Of a stretch of DNA of 64,000 bases, positions 50,636 to 63,764 are shown in pieces (positions within the stretch are counted from its first letter, which is position 1; each line of letters begins with the position of its first letter). The notes below the pieces were generated by a model. That model was not told the DNA's origin, did no database searches, and saw only the letters and a program-made list of their open reading frames with translations. The position numbers and the translations under genes are program-made. The DNA is from Octopus bimaculoides (lineage: Eukaryota): positions 134,426,756-134,490,755 of the forward strand of contig NC_068983.1 of NCBI RefSeq assembly GCF_001194135.2, read 5' to 3'.

Positions 50636-53600
50636 CTATGTTACCATGGTGACAAGACGGGGAGCAAATATATCGGGAAGAAAACAGAGAAAAGACAAGT
50701 CAACAAAACATACAAATTAAATGCAATCATATTAAAAAAAAAAATAATTAAAAAATTATTGAAAAATTACAAAAACTTAAAAGAAAGTTAACTTAAGTAG
50801 TGTGAATTGCAACCACATTTACATCAATACAACATTTACAACACAAAGCAAGTGATCATAATAAATAAATAGCAATCCAACAATAAAACTCCATTTTCTT
50901 TTTTCTTTTTTTTTCCAAATTAACAAAAAACAAAGAGAGAAAGGGAGAAAGTAAGAAGATGATGAATGAGTCATTCAACTATTGTCCTTTTACCTGCAGC
51001 TTACTGCTGATCTAAATAACTAGTCTGTAGCTAAATGTCATCAGAATGAAACACATGAGGAGGATAGTTTCTCCTGGATACATTCACTTTAAACCTACTG
51101 AATTAAATAAAACTTTCTCAAAGGCAAATATAAGCAACCATATATTTGAAACCAGTGGTTTATATATACATTATATGCTATGTAATTCGGACTTAGTTTT
51201 CTACAATCATATGGATTTAATCATAATCAGCATAGAAAGATATCAGAAGAATCGAAAACATTGTTGCAACATACTAACAAACATTATTACTATAGGGAAG
51301 TAGGTGACATTGCAAAATTATCTATCAGACTCCTCAAGTTATCATAGTCTTGTGCTCAAAGACAATTCTAAATATCTCAAGCCTACAAGCCATATTAAAA
51401 TATTACTGTAGGGAGTGGGAGCAAGGGCTTATTAAGATTCATTTCACTCTTAAACCAGTTCTTTGATGTTTTTATATCACCATTTATTTATTCCTAACTG
51501 TATATATTGTTGACTATAGAAAAATAAAACCTTTCTTAAAGTACTTTCAATAGGATATTAGTAATTCTAAGCAATACATATTGTTGTATGGGTCTCGGGT
51601 TTGTTTTTTTTAATTTATTATTAAAATACAATAGATTGCAAAAACTGTTGTTACATTCCATTATATTCCTTTATGTTCCAACTTCAATCGTCATCTTGTT
51701 TGAGATCAATTAAAATCAACACTTGCATTAAATTTTAACCTTGGGCAATACTAAAAATTATTTCACTAATGTCACTTGTGTTTATGAAAATACCAGTAAG
51801 ATATTGAAATTATCCTCCCCTTCTCGCTCAGATGTTAACAATTCTCCCCCATTCAACAGATCAGTCTGATCCAAACTCATGTCACTGGCTCGTTTGAATT
51901 ATTTCCTTGAACATACTTTGTTCAATAAGACCATTGCAGTCACAAATGTCAAATACGTATATTAGCTCTGAACTTCATAATGCTCTACAAGTATTTTTTT
52001 CAAATGCTTGTTAACATACTTGACGGCAAAATCCTTATCAGAAGAACAATAATCAGAGCAAATTATCTGAATATTAGGGTTGTTAAGCAAAATTTTAATG
52101 TAGAACTTGACATAATTTATGACAACTAGTCTTGGAACAGCATTAACACCACACCTCAATTACTTAAATCAATCGATATTTTCTCAGTTTCTATACTTTA
52201 CTGAAACTATTAGGTGAACTTAACACCCATTGATACCTATTATTTAATTCACATTGCATTTAAGTTTTTCTATTTCTTTCCTTTGGAAGGAACCTTTGAA
52301 GACAAATTTCTCAAACTTTATCAAACTAGAAATGAGAGGGGTTTAAGTAAACAAAGTATGCAAAACACTTTGCTCTTTTCACCAAACTATAGTTTCTTCA
52401 CCTCTTCAAGTACCCAGTAACAATATGATTAAAATACCTAAAAGGACGACAGGAAATTTAAATTCAGTAAGTTTAAATATGTTCTAGCTGCAGCTTTTGC
52501 GCTAATAGACAAGCAACCACAAAGAAATTACATTAATATGGAAATACCCAAACTTACAAAAAAAAAAATCATGGTCTGACAGAAAGAGAATATAAATATT
52601 TTAATCCCTTTGATCCTTCTACATGTAAGAGAAAAAAAATTATGAAAGCAATAAATACAAGAGCCATTAAGTCAAGTAATTGGTTTTAGTTTGGAAGGTT
52701 AAAAAGTAACCAACTGATGACTACAAAATGGAATGGAATCCAAACATCACATGAGCCACTTTCAACTAGACACAAGCAAATTCAAAAAGTCTAATGAGTA
52801 TACAGTATATTAGCATACACCAATATACAATGTACTCTTTACTCCTGCTGTTCCAAAATTTGCCAAATAAGATATTTAAATGATATAATTCCGAAATACA
52901 TTTTCATGTAGTAAAAGAAAAAATACAAGTTTAAATGAAGCTTGTCAAATTTTATATGAACAAAAATAAGCTAAGTAGAATTTACATTTTAAATTCATCA
53001 ATGACCGAGTAGCTTATGGAAACTTAGCTGGACAGTTTTATTTGAACCAGTTCAAATGGTTTCAAGTTATGCCATTTAGGAGCACAAGTTAAAACGTTTG
53101 TTTTATCATTTACACTACAATATTTTTACATATTGATTTTATTTTAATTTCCAATTTGTTAGCCATAAATATTTTCATTTACCTAAAAATCCCAGATCAA
53201 ATCAGATTGACATATATATCATCATCAGATTTGCAATATCATTTTGTATTTGTTGTTGAAGATTTTAAAGGTTAATCAAGATAAAGCTAAATCATGTAAG
53301 CGCTAAAATCCTGCTTTAAACACAAGACAACTGATTCCAATTAGAAACTAGTGAATCCTCAATAAAATAAAAGTGAGAAAATAAGTTTTGATTAAGGGCT
53401 TTGTTTGGCAGCAGCACCAAATTCAAATTAATTCATTAGAAACAAGAGATAAGTAAAAAGCCTGATTAAGCATGAACTTAAGCAGTAAGATACTGAACTA
53501 GATACAACTAAAATATCTAGCCTCATGTTCCATCTTCACTGCAAGAATAACCTAAACTGATTGAATTTCTGCAAAAACCATTTTAACAAGGCTCAGCTCA

Positions 53601-53919
53601 TTAATACAACTTCTTGAAAGTAACAGTAAATCAAAGGAAATGATTGAAATTAAAGCTTTACTGATATGCAAATCAATATGCTTGCAGGGATTTCTTTTTG
53701 TCCATCGCACAACACAAATGAAAATGCATGCAATATATCAATGTAATGATTAACACCATTAACCTTAATATACTGAGACCAAACAAAAATTTAAAACCTA
53801 TCTCCCAAAATGCTAAAATAAAAATGAAGTATACATAACTATTACAAGCACAAAAAAAACGTGCATTTCTTATATAAACTTATTCAAAAATTTACACACA
53901 CACACAAAAAAAAAAAGCT

Positions 53920-55180
53920 ATGATTGTATGGAATAATTTCAAGTCCTCTTGTTCATCAGTCCTCCAGGCAATAACAGAGGAATTTAAGACGGGCTACCCC
54001 GGAGAGCTCCTCTATGTTGATGACCTTGTTCTCATAGCTAAATCACTTCCAGAACTAAAGAAATTTCAAGTATGGAAGCAAGGTCTAGAAGAATTAATAT
54101 AGCAAAAACCAAAGTCTTAGTAAGTGGGGAAAGTGGACAAATCACAAATCCCTTCAGGTAGATGGCTCTGCTCAATCTGTAGAAAAGGCATAGGTAGAAA
54201 TTCCATAAGATGTACCCAGTGCAAGCTANNNNNNNNNNGGGGGGGGGGGTCTTTGTGTTGCAGATGTACAGATACAATAAACACTGCAAATGTACAGAAA
54301 ATGGACTCCATCAAATGCCAAGGGATAAAACTAGAAGTAGTTGATAGCTTCCATTGCCTAGGTGACCAAGTCAGTAGCGGAGGTAGATGCTCAGAGAGTA
54401 GCTGCTAGAATAAGAATAGGCTGGGCAAAGTTCAGAGGACTTCTACCACTGTTGGGAACAAAGGGCTTCTTCCTCAGAATGAAAGGCAAACTGTGTGATG
54501 CCTGTGTTTAGACAGCTGTGCATGGCAGTGAAAAGTGGGCTGTGACTGCAGAGAACATGCGAAAGTTTGAAAGAAATGACGCCAGTATGCTTCACTGAAT
54601 GTGCAATGTCAGTGTGCACATGTGACAGAGCATAAATATCTTGGAAGAAAATCTGAGATTAAGAGGCATCAAATGTGGTGTGCAAGAGATGAATGCACTG
54701 GTATGATCATGTGATGCATATGGACAAGGACATCTGTGCAAAGAAGTGCCAATCTCTGGAGGGAACCTGTAGTAGAGGTAGACTTGTAGAAGTAGACCCA
54801 GGAAGACATGGGACGAGGTGTGAAGTATGATCTTCAAATGTCGGGCTTTGTAGAGACAATTACAAGCGACTGAAACCTTTTGCAATATGTTGTGCTTGAG
54901 AAGACTCGTCAAGCCAAATGAAATTGTAGTTGTGGCCTATGCCAGTATCATGTAAGTGGCACCCGTGAAATCGTAGTCATGGCCATTGCTGATGTCATGT
55001 AAATGGCACCTGTACAAGTGACACATAAAAAGCACCCATTGCACTCTTGGAGTGGCTGGCATTAGGAAGGACATCCAGCTGTAGAAACCAAGCCAAATCA
55101 GACTTGGAACCTTGTGCAGCCCTCTGGCTTACCAATTCCAGTCAAACCATCTAACTCATGTCAGCACGGAAAATGATGAT
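53920..55180 (+). mobile_element. 5'-truncated RTE LINE (RT core to 3' tail), frameshifted
   Basis: LLYVDDLVLIA RT motif, CSICRKGIGRNSIRCTQC, LGDQVSSGG, ORF end, UTR unit and tail. Confidence 0.9.
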
Positions 55181-55990
55181 GTATACTTTTGTTATCAGAA
55201 CTGGAATATTACTCCCAAGACAAGCAAACAAATCAAACTCAGAAAACCTTTATACTGCTGAGATAAGAAAATAAACTAATCAAATTTTAACAAATACCTA
55301 GCTTATGCTAGCAGCAGAAAACCAACCAAAAGTAGTGGAAAACTAACACTGCATAAAAAAGACGTTGCTGGGGAATACCTCTATAAGAGGCTAGGTATTC
55401 AATTTGCTTCAAATCAGCCCTACTTACCAATGACCTGAGATTATTTCCTAGCAATATACACATTTACATTTTCTTAATTAGTGTAGAGGTGACTATCAAA
55501 TAAGAATAACAAAGATTTGGACAGTTTGTTTCAGGGAAGTAAATTTCTCATTTAATGAAGATTAAGTTATTTAAACAAACTAAATACAAAGTGAAAACAT
55601 TTTTGTTTCTCTCAACAAAACTGATTACACAAGAAAACGCATAATGTATTTTTTAACATTATGGTAAAACAAATAAACCATGGAGGAACATCATATACTT
55701 ACAGGAGTGTTCACTTGAGAGGGAAACATGCCACAAAATTTCATAATAGAATGGGCACTTTATCAAAGATTAAAATTATCAGAAGTCTTTGACAAGTTAT
55801 ACTAACTGGCTCAATTTTCTTTTTAATCTGTGACAAAAGGGGAGTAATAAATGAAAATCTTCCATAGTAATACTTGGAATAATCTACAAGAACAGGGAAT
55901 TATGCTTACACATTCTTATAGTTATTTCATCAATCAAATAGACATACATTAATTATTAGCATTTATAACAAACAATACAACTTTACTGAC

Positions 55991-56086
55991 CTGTGTTCTC
56001 CAGCAGAGTCTTTGGGGTGTTAGGTCGATTGATTATTTCAATGAGAGGTGTGACAACTAAATTTATATATGGCTGTATTTCATGAC
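55991..56086 (-). CDS. TNPO1: TNPO1 exon ([31 protein letters not shown])
   Basis: aatcag|...|gtcagt, phase 1/1. Confidence 0.96.
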
Positions 56087-56433
56087 CTGATTGATAGGTA
56101 TAAAAAAATCCTATTTTAATACAACCAAAACTCATATTTATGTTCAATTTATAAGACTAATTTCCAATCCAATCCAATAGCAACAACTACTTTGAAATTG
56201 TTTTGAACAGCTGACAAAACTATTCAACTAAAATAGTCAAATTTTCATTTCAGATAGTGATATAGCATTTAAATATTAGAAATCATAAAACATTAAATAC
56301 TTGAACATTTGTCAAATTCAGGTATATATTTAGTTATTTTGAAAACTAAATGTCAGTTACTATAATTTATAAGAACTTGTTATTTATCAGTAGTAAATTA
56401 CTACTGAGCTTGTAAAAAATAAAACATAATTAC

Positions 56434-56532
56434 CCATTTTGATGGAAATTTCACCAATAGCCCATGTTGCATTATTACACACTGATATGTATTCTGGATT
56501 CAAATTAGCACCAAGTATTGGCATAAATTCAC
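56434..56532 (-). CDS. TNPO1: TNPO1 exon ([32 protein letters not shown])
   Basis: atttag|...|gtaatt, phase 1/1. Confidence 0.96.
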
Positions 56533-56576
56533 CTAAATATTGAAACAGATTTAATTTATTAAAAAAGTTAATTTAA

Positions 56577-57899
56577 CCCTTTTGTTACCATATTTCTAAC
56601 CAAATTACACCCCTTATGTGTTTCAATTAATTTCTAACATAATCATAAATTTAGGCTGGTTTCGTTAAACAACTCTAACTTTTTTATTTATCAACATATT
56701 AATGTGATTTTTGGAAGATAAATTAACGAAAGGTTCTCAACCAATTCTATACCAAAATTTTTGTCACAAAGTGACTTTAATTACAGGTAAATACAACAAA
56801 ATATAAAATTATTTAAATTTTTGTTCAAACATCGCTATAGAAAATGGGTTATTAGCTAATATTCAATTGGGTATACAACAAAATATTATTATAGAAGAGT
56901 TGTGCACATTACTGGATTTATTACTGTCTCTTNNNNNNNNNNNNNNNNNNNNNNNNNNNNNNNNNNNNNNNNNNNNNNNNNNNNNNNNNNNNNNNNNNNN
57001 NNNNNNNNNNNNNNNNNNNNNNNNNNNNNNNNNNNNNNNNNNNNNNNNNNNNNNNNNNNNNNNNNNNNNNNNNNNNNNNNNNNNNNNNNNNNNNNNNNNN
57101 NNNNNNNNNNNNNNNNNNNNNNNNNNNNNNNNNNNNNNNNNNNNNNNNNNNNNNNNNNNNNNNNNNNNNNNNNNNNNNNNNNNNNNNNNNNNNNNNNNNN
57201 NNNNNNNNNNNNNNNNNNNNNNNNNNNNNNNNNNNNNNNNNNNNNNNNNNNNNNNNNNNNNNNNNNNNNNNNNNNNNNNNNNNNNNNNNNNNNNNNNNNN
57301 NNNNNNNNNNNNNNNNNNNNNNNNNNNNNNNNNNNNNNNNNNNNNNNNNNNNNNNNNNNNNNNNNNNNNNNNNNNNNNNNNNNNNNNNNNNNNNNNNNNN
57401 NNNNNNNNNNNNNNNNNNNNNNNNNNNNNNNNNNNNNNNNNNNNNNNNNNNNNNNNNNNNNNNNNNNNNNNNNNNNNNNNNNNNNNNNNNNNNNNNNNNN
57501 NNNNNNNNNNNNNNNNNNNNNNNNNNNNNNNNNNNNNNNNNNNNNNNNNNNNNNNNNNNNNNNNNNNNNNNNNNNNNNNNNNNNNNNNNNNNNNNNNNNN
57601 NNNNNNNNNNNNNNNNNNNNNNNNNNNNNNNNNNNNNNNNNNNNNNNNNNNNNNNNNNNNNAAATTTGGAAAAAAATCTCCCAAAATTCACAAAATTAAA
57701 AAAACACGTTGATCGTCGTACAAAACTATAGCTGAACTGTTTACACAAATAATCACGTGTTTTCACGAATGTACTAACGAGATTTGCTCAGATATTCTCA
57801 TTTAAATATGAATAGGTGATTACGGGCGGTTTTGGGCGGCTTGGTCACATGAACCAAAATTTTTTTCGGGCGGCTTTGGGCGGTTTGGTAACGAAAGGG
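56577..57899. mobile_element. non-autonomous piggyBac-like element (interior partly N-gap)
   Basis: TTAA|CCCTTTTGTTACCA...TGGTAACGAAAGGG|TTAA; subterminal GGGCGG repeats. Confidence 0.85.
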
Positions 57900-58085
57900 T
57901 TAAAAGATTCTTCTTGTAACTTTCAATTAGTACATTAAATATAAACTATCATACTCAATGTTGAAGTTCACAAGTCATTCTTTCTCCAGCTTACTGCTAA
58001 ATTATGAATTTTATTTCAACTATGAGAGTAAATAAATGTAAAAGGGTTTATACTAAAAATATAAATACAGTGATTAAGTACTTAC

Positions 58086-58173
58086 CTATACATGGCTTTA
58101 CATGTTGGAAGCAAGCTTTAGTCAGGTCTCCTAGCAAAGCGAAAGAACTTTGTCTAACTTCAGGCATTGGGTC
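58086..58173 (-). CDS. TNPO1: TNPO1 exon ([29 protein letters not shown])
   Basis: ctttag|...|gtaagt, phase 0/1. Confidence 0.97.
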
Positions 58174-58867
58174 CTAAAGAAAAGTGAAAAAGCATCAAAA
58201 AGTTTGTTTCAATTTGCAAACTATATCAAAATCACCATTAGTATTAGAAATGTACAAAATTAGGTTGAAACTGCCAAGAATCAAAACACTCAAATTCCAT
58301 TTGTCTGTTAAATCCTAAAACTAACTACAAATTGTGAGAAAATATTGAAGTACAGTGATACTGAGGTCATATAAAAATAAAATGCATGCTGAATATCATA
58401 AGATATTTTATAGTTATAAACTTCCAGAAAATAAAATATCTTTGATTTATATATTTGATTTAGAGAAATTTTATATTAATTAACCAATTAAAAAAAATTT
58501 TACAATTTTTATCAGTATCTTTTGGCATGTACTTTTAGTATATAGTTTCACTGTTATCAATCAACACCAAGTTCAACTGACAAATTTGAATGCTTTCTTT
58601 CAATGGTGTTAAAAGGGCTAGATGCCCTTTGTAATGCCAACCACTGCTATTTTTATTTGATGTTGTATTTGATTAAAAACAGCATTGTTGCTTACAAGTT
58701 TCCAATGATATAACTTCACTAAATTCACTGTATTTCTAACAATATTAGTGACACAGATTGTTTGTGCAACTCAGGAGTAACAAATACAGGATAATTTCAA
58801 AGAACAAGATTTAATAATTTCTTCATCTATAAGTATTAATGTCCATACAACAAAATAAAAGGAACAG

Positions 58868-59150
58868 CATCATCATCATCAATTAGCATCTGTTTGGCAT
58901 GGGCAGGATGGTTTGATCGGGGCTGGCAAGCTAGAAGGCCACACCAGACTCCAGTCTGATCTGGCATACTTTCTACAGCTGAGTGCCCTTCCTACCACCA
59001 ACCACTCTGAGAGTGTAAAGGGTGCTTTTACATGCCACCGGCATGGGTGTCATTTGTGTGACACCAATATCTGCCATGACTGCAATCTTACTTGGTTTGA
59101 TAGGTCTTTTCAAGTACTGCATAATGCCAAATACACAAAGATACCAGGTT
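58868..59150 (-). mobile_element. RTE 3' end/tail copy
   Basis: Begins (CAT)n; reverse complement of the RTE tail. Confidence 0.8.
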
Positions 59151-59438
59151 TAGTTTCTCTATGACAATGAACTGCCAAGTAGGAAACACAATGAACTGCC
59201 AAGTAGGAAACACAATGACACCCTTTGATCCTATGCCAGCAGTTAAGATTCTCTTCATGTAAAAATGAAAGAAATCCCAAAGAAGTACAACACAAGTGAA
59301 ATACAGTGGTACATCACAACCAAATCAAGTTCAAAACGAAACAATCACTGTGTAGTGTCAACCTCAATATAGATTTTCAGAATTTATAAAAGGAAATGTT
59401 AAAACAAATGAAATAAGATTAAGTATTGTATATCTCAC

Positions 59439-59597
59439 CTGCATACACTGAAAGAGCAATTTAAGGATGTTACTATTAGCAACAAGACCTTCTATGTGAT
59501 GTTCAAGTCCTTCAGCAAGGCCACTTAAAAGATCCAAGGCAACTATCATAAAGTCCTTGTCTGGTGGGTCATACTGCTCAGGATGTGTCAAGTTGGC
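59439..59597 (-). CDS. TNPO1: TNPO1 exon ([30 protein letters not shown]...FQCMQ)
   Basis: tttcag|...|gtgaga, phase 0/0. Confidence 0.97.
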
Positions 59598-60100
59598 CTG
59601 AAATAAACAATTAATGAATTGACTAGGAAGAAAACAGGATATACGAAAAACTTTTTACATCTACCTAATATTACAAATTTTATCAGGTCATAGCATCTTT
59701 GTAGCAAATGATTTATGATGACCTCAAATTAAAAGTATTTAGGCATAACTCAGAAAAGCAATAACAGAATTTAAATAAATTCTCCATTTTGAATATATAA
59801 TTTATAAACAAAAAACTTTAAAGATTTTATAAGACAATAAATGCGCAAATATGTTTTCCTTTTACTATGACTTATCAAGTTGTAGAATATTTCAAAGCTA
59901 GAAATAGTTTACATTTGAAGAACAGAACTTCCATTAACCAGCTCTGATAAATCTATGTGAATGTGTGTGTGTGTGTGTGTGTGTCTAGAAAACTATTTTT
60001 CTCCTTAACAATTCCTCAAATATGCATTCCACTGGAAAACAATAACATATTTATGGTTCATTTATAATCTAAAGCTTTAATACTAAATAAGCTTACTTAC

Positions 60101-60208
60101 AAAGTTTTGGTTGAGAGTCTGCTCTACAAGTGAAACGCATCGTTTATAGACTGGTTCACAATAGGGAAGAAATCCAGATTGTAAAGCTGTTGCAACACTT
60201 GACAAACA
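60101..60208 (-). CDS. TNPO1: TNPO1 exon ([21 protein letters not shown]...TLNQNF)
   Basis: tttcag|...|gtaagt, phase 0/0. Confidence 0.97.
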
Positions 60209-60374
60209 CTGAAAAAAGAGAAACATCAGATACAATAAAGTTGGTGCGTGCTTATGTTTTTTCCAAGCCATCATGGAAAAGTGACATTAAAAGAAAATTA
60301 AATTTTACGAAGAAATTTCATGAACAGTTGAGAAAACTTTCAAACATTCTGCCTATAAATTATAAACTGCTGAA

Positions 60375-60890
60375 TCCAGAGTTGATGAAGCATGATCTTC
60401 AAACATTGGGCCTCATGGAGGCAAGTGGCTGAGACCTTTGGCAATATACAGTACCTGAGAAGACTTGTCAAAGCAAGTGAAATCACTGTCATGGCTGATG
60501 CTAGTGGCACGTAAAAAGCACCCTTCAACGTTCGACGATATGCTGTGCTTGGGAAGACCCGTCAAACCAAGTGAAATTGTAGTCGTGACCAATGCCAGTG
60601 TCACATACCTGTCACCTGTGCTGGTGGCATGTAAAAAGCACTCTTCTAACTTTGGCAATATACCATGCTTGGAAAGACCTGTCAAGCCAAGTGAGATCAT
60701 AGTCGTGGCCAATGCCAGTGTTTTGTAACTGGCACGTAAAGAGCACCCACTACACTCTTGGAGTGATTAGCATTAGGGAGGGCAGCCAGCTGTAGAAACC
60801 ATGCCAAATCAGATTGAAACCTGGTGCAGCTCCCCAGCTTCCAGTCAAACTGTCCAACCCATGCCAGCATGGAAAATGAACGTTAAATGA
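60375..60890 (+). mobile_element. RTE 3' end with three tandem ORF-end/UTR units and tail
   Basis: Repeated GAAGAC..GTCAA.CAAGTGA.ATC/TTG..GTC.TGG.. blocks followed by the tail. Confidence 0.8.
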
Positions 60891-61758
60891 CGTTTTATGT
60901 AGTCACATGCATGCATTCATGGGTGGGTATGAATATGTTATCTGTAGCACTGTTTTAGAGCCAGATGTTATCTTTCCTAAAAACTGTTTTTCAAGTAAGG
61001 GATCTCTTATTCCACACATGCCTTCAAAGGCCAGCCATATGGAACAAGAGATTTTTGTCAATGATTTGTTATTAGAAGAAACTGACAACACCACTACCCA
61101 CTGCACTTTCATACAAGCAATCATAAATGCAAACACACACACACAGACATGTACATGCAAATGCACACACAAAAATACACAACTGTCTTCAATTTCTATC
61201 AACCAAATCTCACAAGGCTTAAGTTGGCCGGGGGGGGGGGGCTGCAAAAGACACTTGTCTAAGGTGGCACACTGGGACCTAACAAGAAATCACATGATTG
61301 GGAGGCAAACTTCTCAACCTCGCAGCCACATCATTTTAGTGCCCACTTTTCCATGTTTGATTGATAGTGAGAGTAAATTACAACTATCACATACAGTCAA
61401 GACAAGAAGATGGTAACATACACACACAAGCTTCTTTCAGTTTTCATCAACCAAATCCACTCACAAGACTTTATTCAGCCCAGAACTATAGTAGAAGACA
61501 CTCATCCAAGGTGCCACACACACACACACACACACCATTGTAAGTGATTGCTAAACACATGCTAAGGTATGCAACAAATACACATATGCAATGTTGAATA
61601 CAATTGCAACTATTTTTCATATCTAATGATAATCTGTTAATCCTTCAACACACCATTATGAACATATTGAGTACTTAAGATGTAAATGACTAGAATTAAA
61701 ATATTTGGATAATGTAACTGATGCTTATTCAGAAACAAACATGGAAGAAAAATATTAC

Positions 61759-61845
61759 TTCAAGAAGTGGGAAAAGGTCTTTGTCTTCATCTTTCAGTAC
61801 ATTCCATTTTTGGATCAAAGGAGGCATCAACAAATTCACATATTC
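61759..61845 (-). CDS. TNPO1: TNPO1 exon ([29 protein letters not shown])
   Basis: ttatag|...|gtaata, phase 0/0. Confidence 0.97.
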
Positions 61846-61902
61846 CTATAAAAGAGAAAAAATATATTGATGACAGTATTAGAATATTCTGTAGTACTTT
61901 TA

Positions 61903-62019
<117 letters not shown>

Positions 62020-62075
62020 CTAAAATATAAAAAGAAAAAAAAGTACAGTTTCTGTATGTCCAATTTCATCTAAAT

Positions 62076-62157
62076 CAGTGTTTCTCAATTCTTTTTACCC
62101 CACATAAATGTATCCCCTAGCCACCTTGAACAAACAAAGTGTGTAGCTTTTATTATA

Positions 62158-62193
<36 letters not shown>

Positions 62194-62289
62194 CAAAAGA
62201 AGATTTTAATTAAAATTTTATTACAAGTTTTATTCAATTGTTACTTATAGCCCAATCTGAAGTAGCCCACACTGCACCTTGAGAAACAG
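62076..62289. mobile_element. hAT-type MITE with 8-bp TSD
   Basis: ATCTAAAT|CAGTGTTTCTCAA...TTGAGAAACAG|ATCTAAAT (TSD at 62068-62075 and 62290-62297). Confidence 0.85.
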
Positions 62290-62372
62290 ATCTAAATTCA
62301 AATTTATATTATAAAAGTTAAGTGAAGAAATGAAATCAATTCTAAGTTGAGTGAAGAATGTCTGGAACTTAC

Positions 62373-62522
62373 TTGATATTTATTGAAAGCAAATACAAGG
62401 GTTTCCAAAATATACCCCAAGTAAGGAACAAGTTCAGTACAAGCCTCTTCTTCAAGGGTAGCAAAGGCTGAACAAGCAGCTTCCTGGACACGTTTGTTCG
62501 TGTCAAGAACACATTTTAAAAG
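62373..62522 (-). CDS. TNPO1: TNPO1 exon ([35 protein letters not shown]...FNKYQ)
   Basis: tttcag|...|gtaagt, phase 0/0. Confidence 0.97.
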
Positions 62523-62779
62523 CTGAAATGATAAACATCACAATCAACATCATTGCAACAGCTTTCAGTTTAAAAAGGAAGCTGACAAACACAAGTTGAT
62601 AGATTTGTTCCACAAACATGGTGACAGCTAAAAGTAGGTACCAATACCAGCTATAAAAATCCATCTATATCAGCAAAATTATCCAGGAATAGAAACAAAT
62701 GCATCATAGAATAAAAATAAAAGTCATTTCACACACACATATTCACATTTGTTTTATATTATATTTTAATACAGGTTGA

Positions 62780-63190
62780 CATCATCATCATTTAACGTCC
62801 ATTTTCCATGCTGGCATGAATTGGACAGTTTGACAGGAGCCTGGCCAGCTGATGAGCCATCCAGGCTCCATGTCTGTTTTGGCATGGTTTCTATGGCTGG
62901 ATGCTCTTCCTAACACCAGCCACTTTACAGAGTGCACAAGTTGTTTTTACGCAGCACCAGTACTGGTGCTTTTTACATGGCACCAGCACCCATGAGCCTG
63001 CAAGATTAGGAATGCTTTTACTTAGCTTGACGTGTTTTTTCAAGCACAGCCATCAGCCTCGGTCCCTTATCATCCTCTTTGTGAGCCCCAACATTCATAG
63101 ATCTTTTCTCATCAGTTCATCCGTTTTCCTGGGTCTACCCCTTCCACATGCTCCCTCTCTACAATTAGAGATCAGCACCTCTTGATGCAA
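62780..63190 (-). mobile_element. RTE 3' end/tail copy
   Basis: (CAT)n start, then tail, then the GRGRP-type ORF end on the minus strand. Confidence 0.8.
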
Positions 63191-63764
63191 CTGTATTCAT
63201 TCATATGCATTATATATGGCCATAACAGCACAGTTTTCTCTCTCTTTGAAAATCTCCAAAATTCAAAGAGTTTTCATAATGAGAGAAGCAACATGAATGG
63301 AAAATTCCTGAAAGTATCTGAAAGGTTCCATCAGTGGTATAGCGATTTTAGGGGTTTTATTATTTTTTTCAAAAATTTTTTTTTATAGCCAGATGTGTAT
63401 GTAGCATGCTAACTGAGAATGTATTTTAACTATTAGTAATGCAATTATTGTATCATACAAAATAGGGAGTTTTGCAGTAATATTTCACATAATGTATACA
63501 AATATATATATTGTAATTTTTTAATCAAAACAACATGCATTTTAAATTTAAGTTGCTGTACTTCATGTAATTTTAGTGTTTAGTGTTGCAATTATGTTTC
63601 GTAAGCAGTGAAAATTTCATGGTTTTGGTACAAGTACAGTAGTATCAAAAAATTTTATGCTAAATCTGAATTTCCATTCCACATAAATCCATATGAATAT
63701 AACAATGACTAGCATCATTAGTTCAAGGGGGGGGGGGTATATATATATACACATAAATGTGCTG

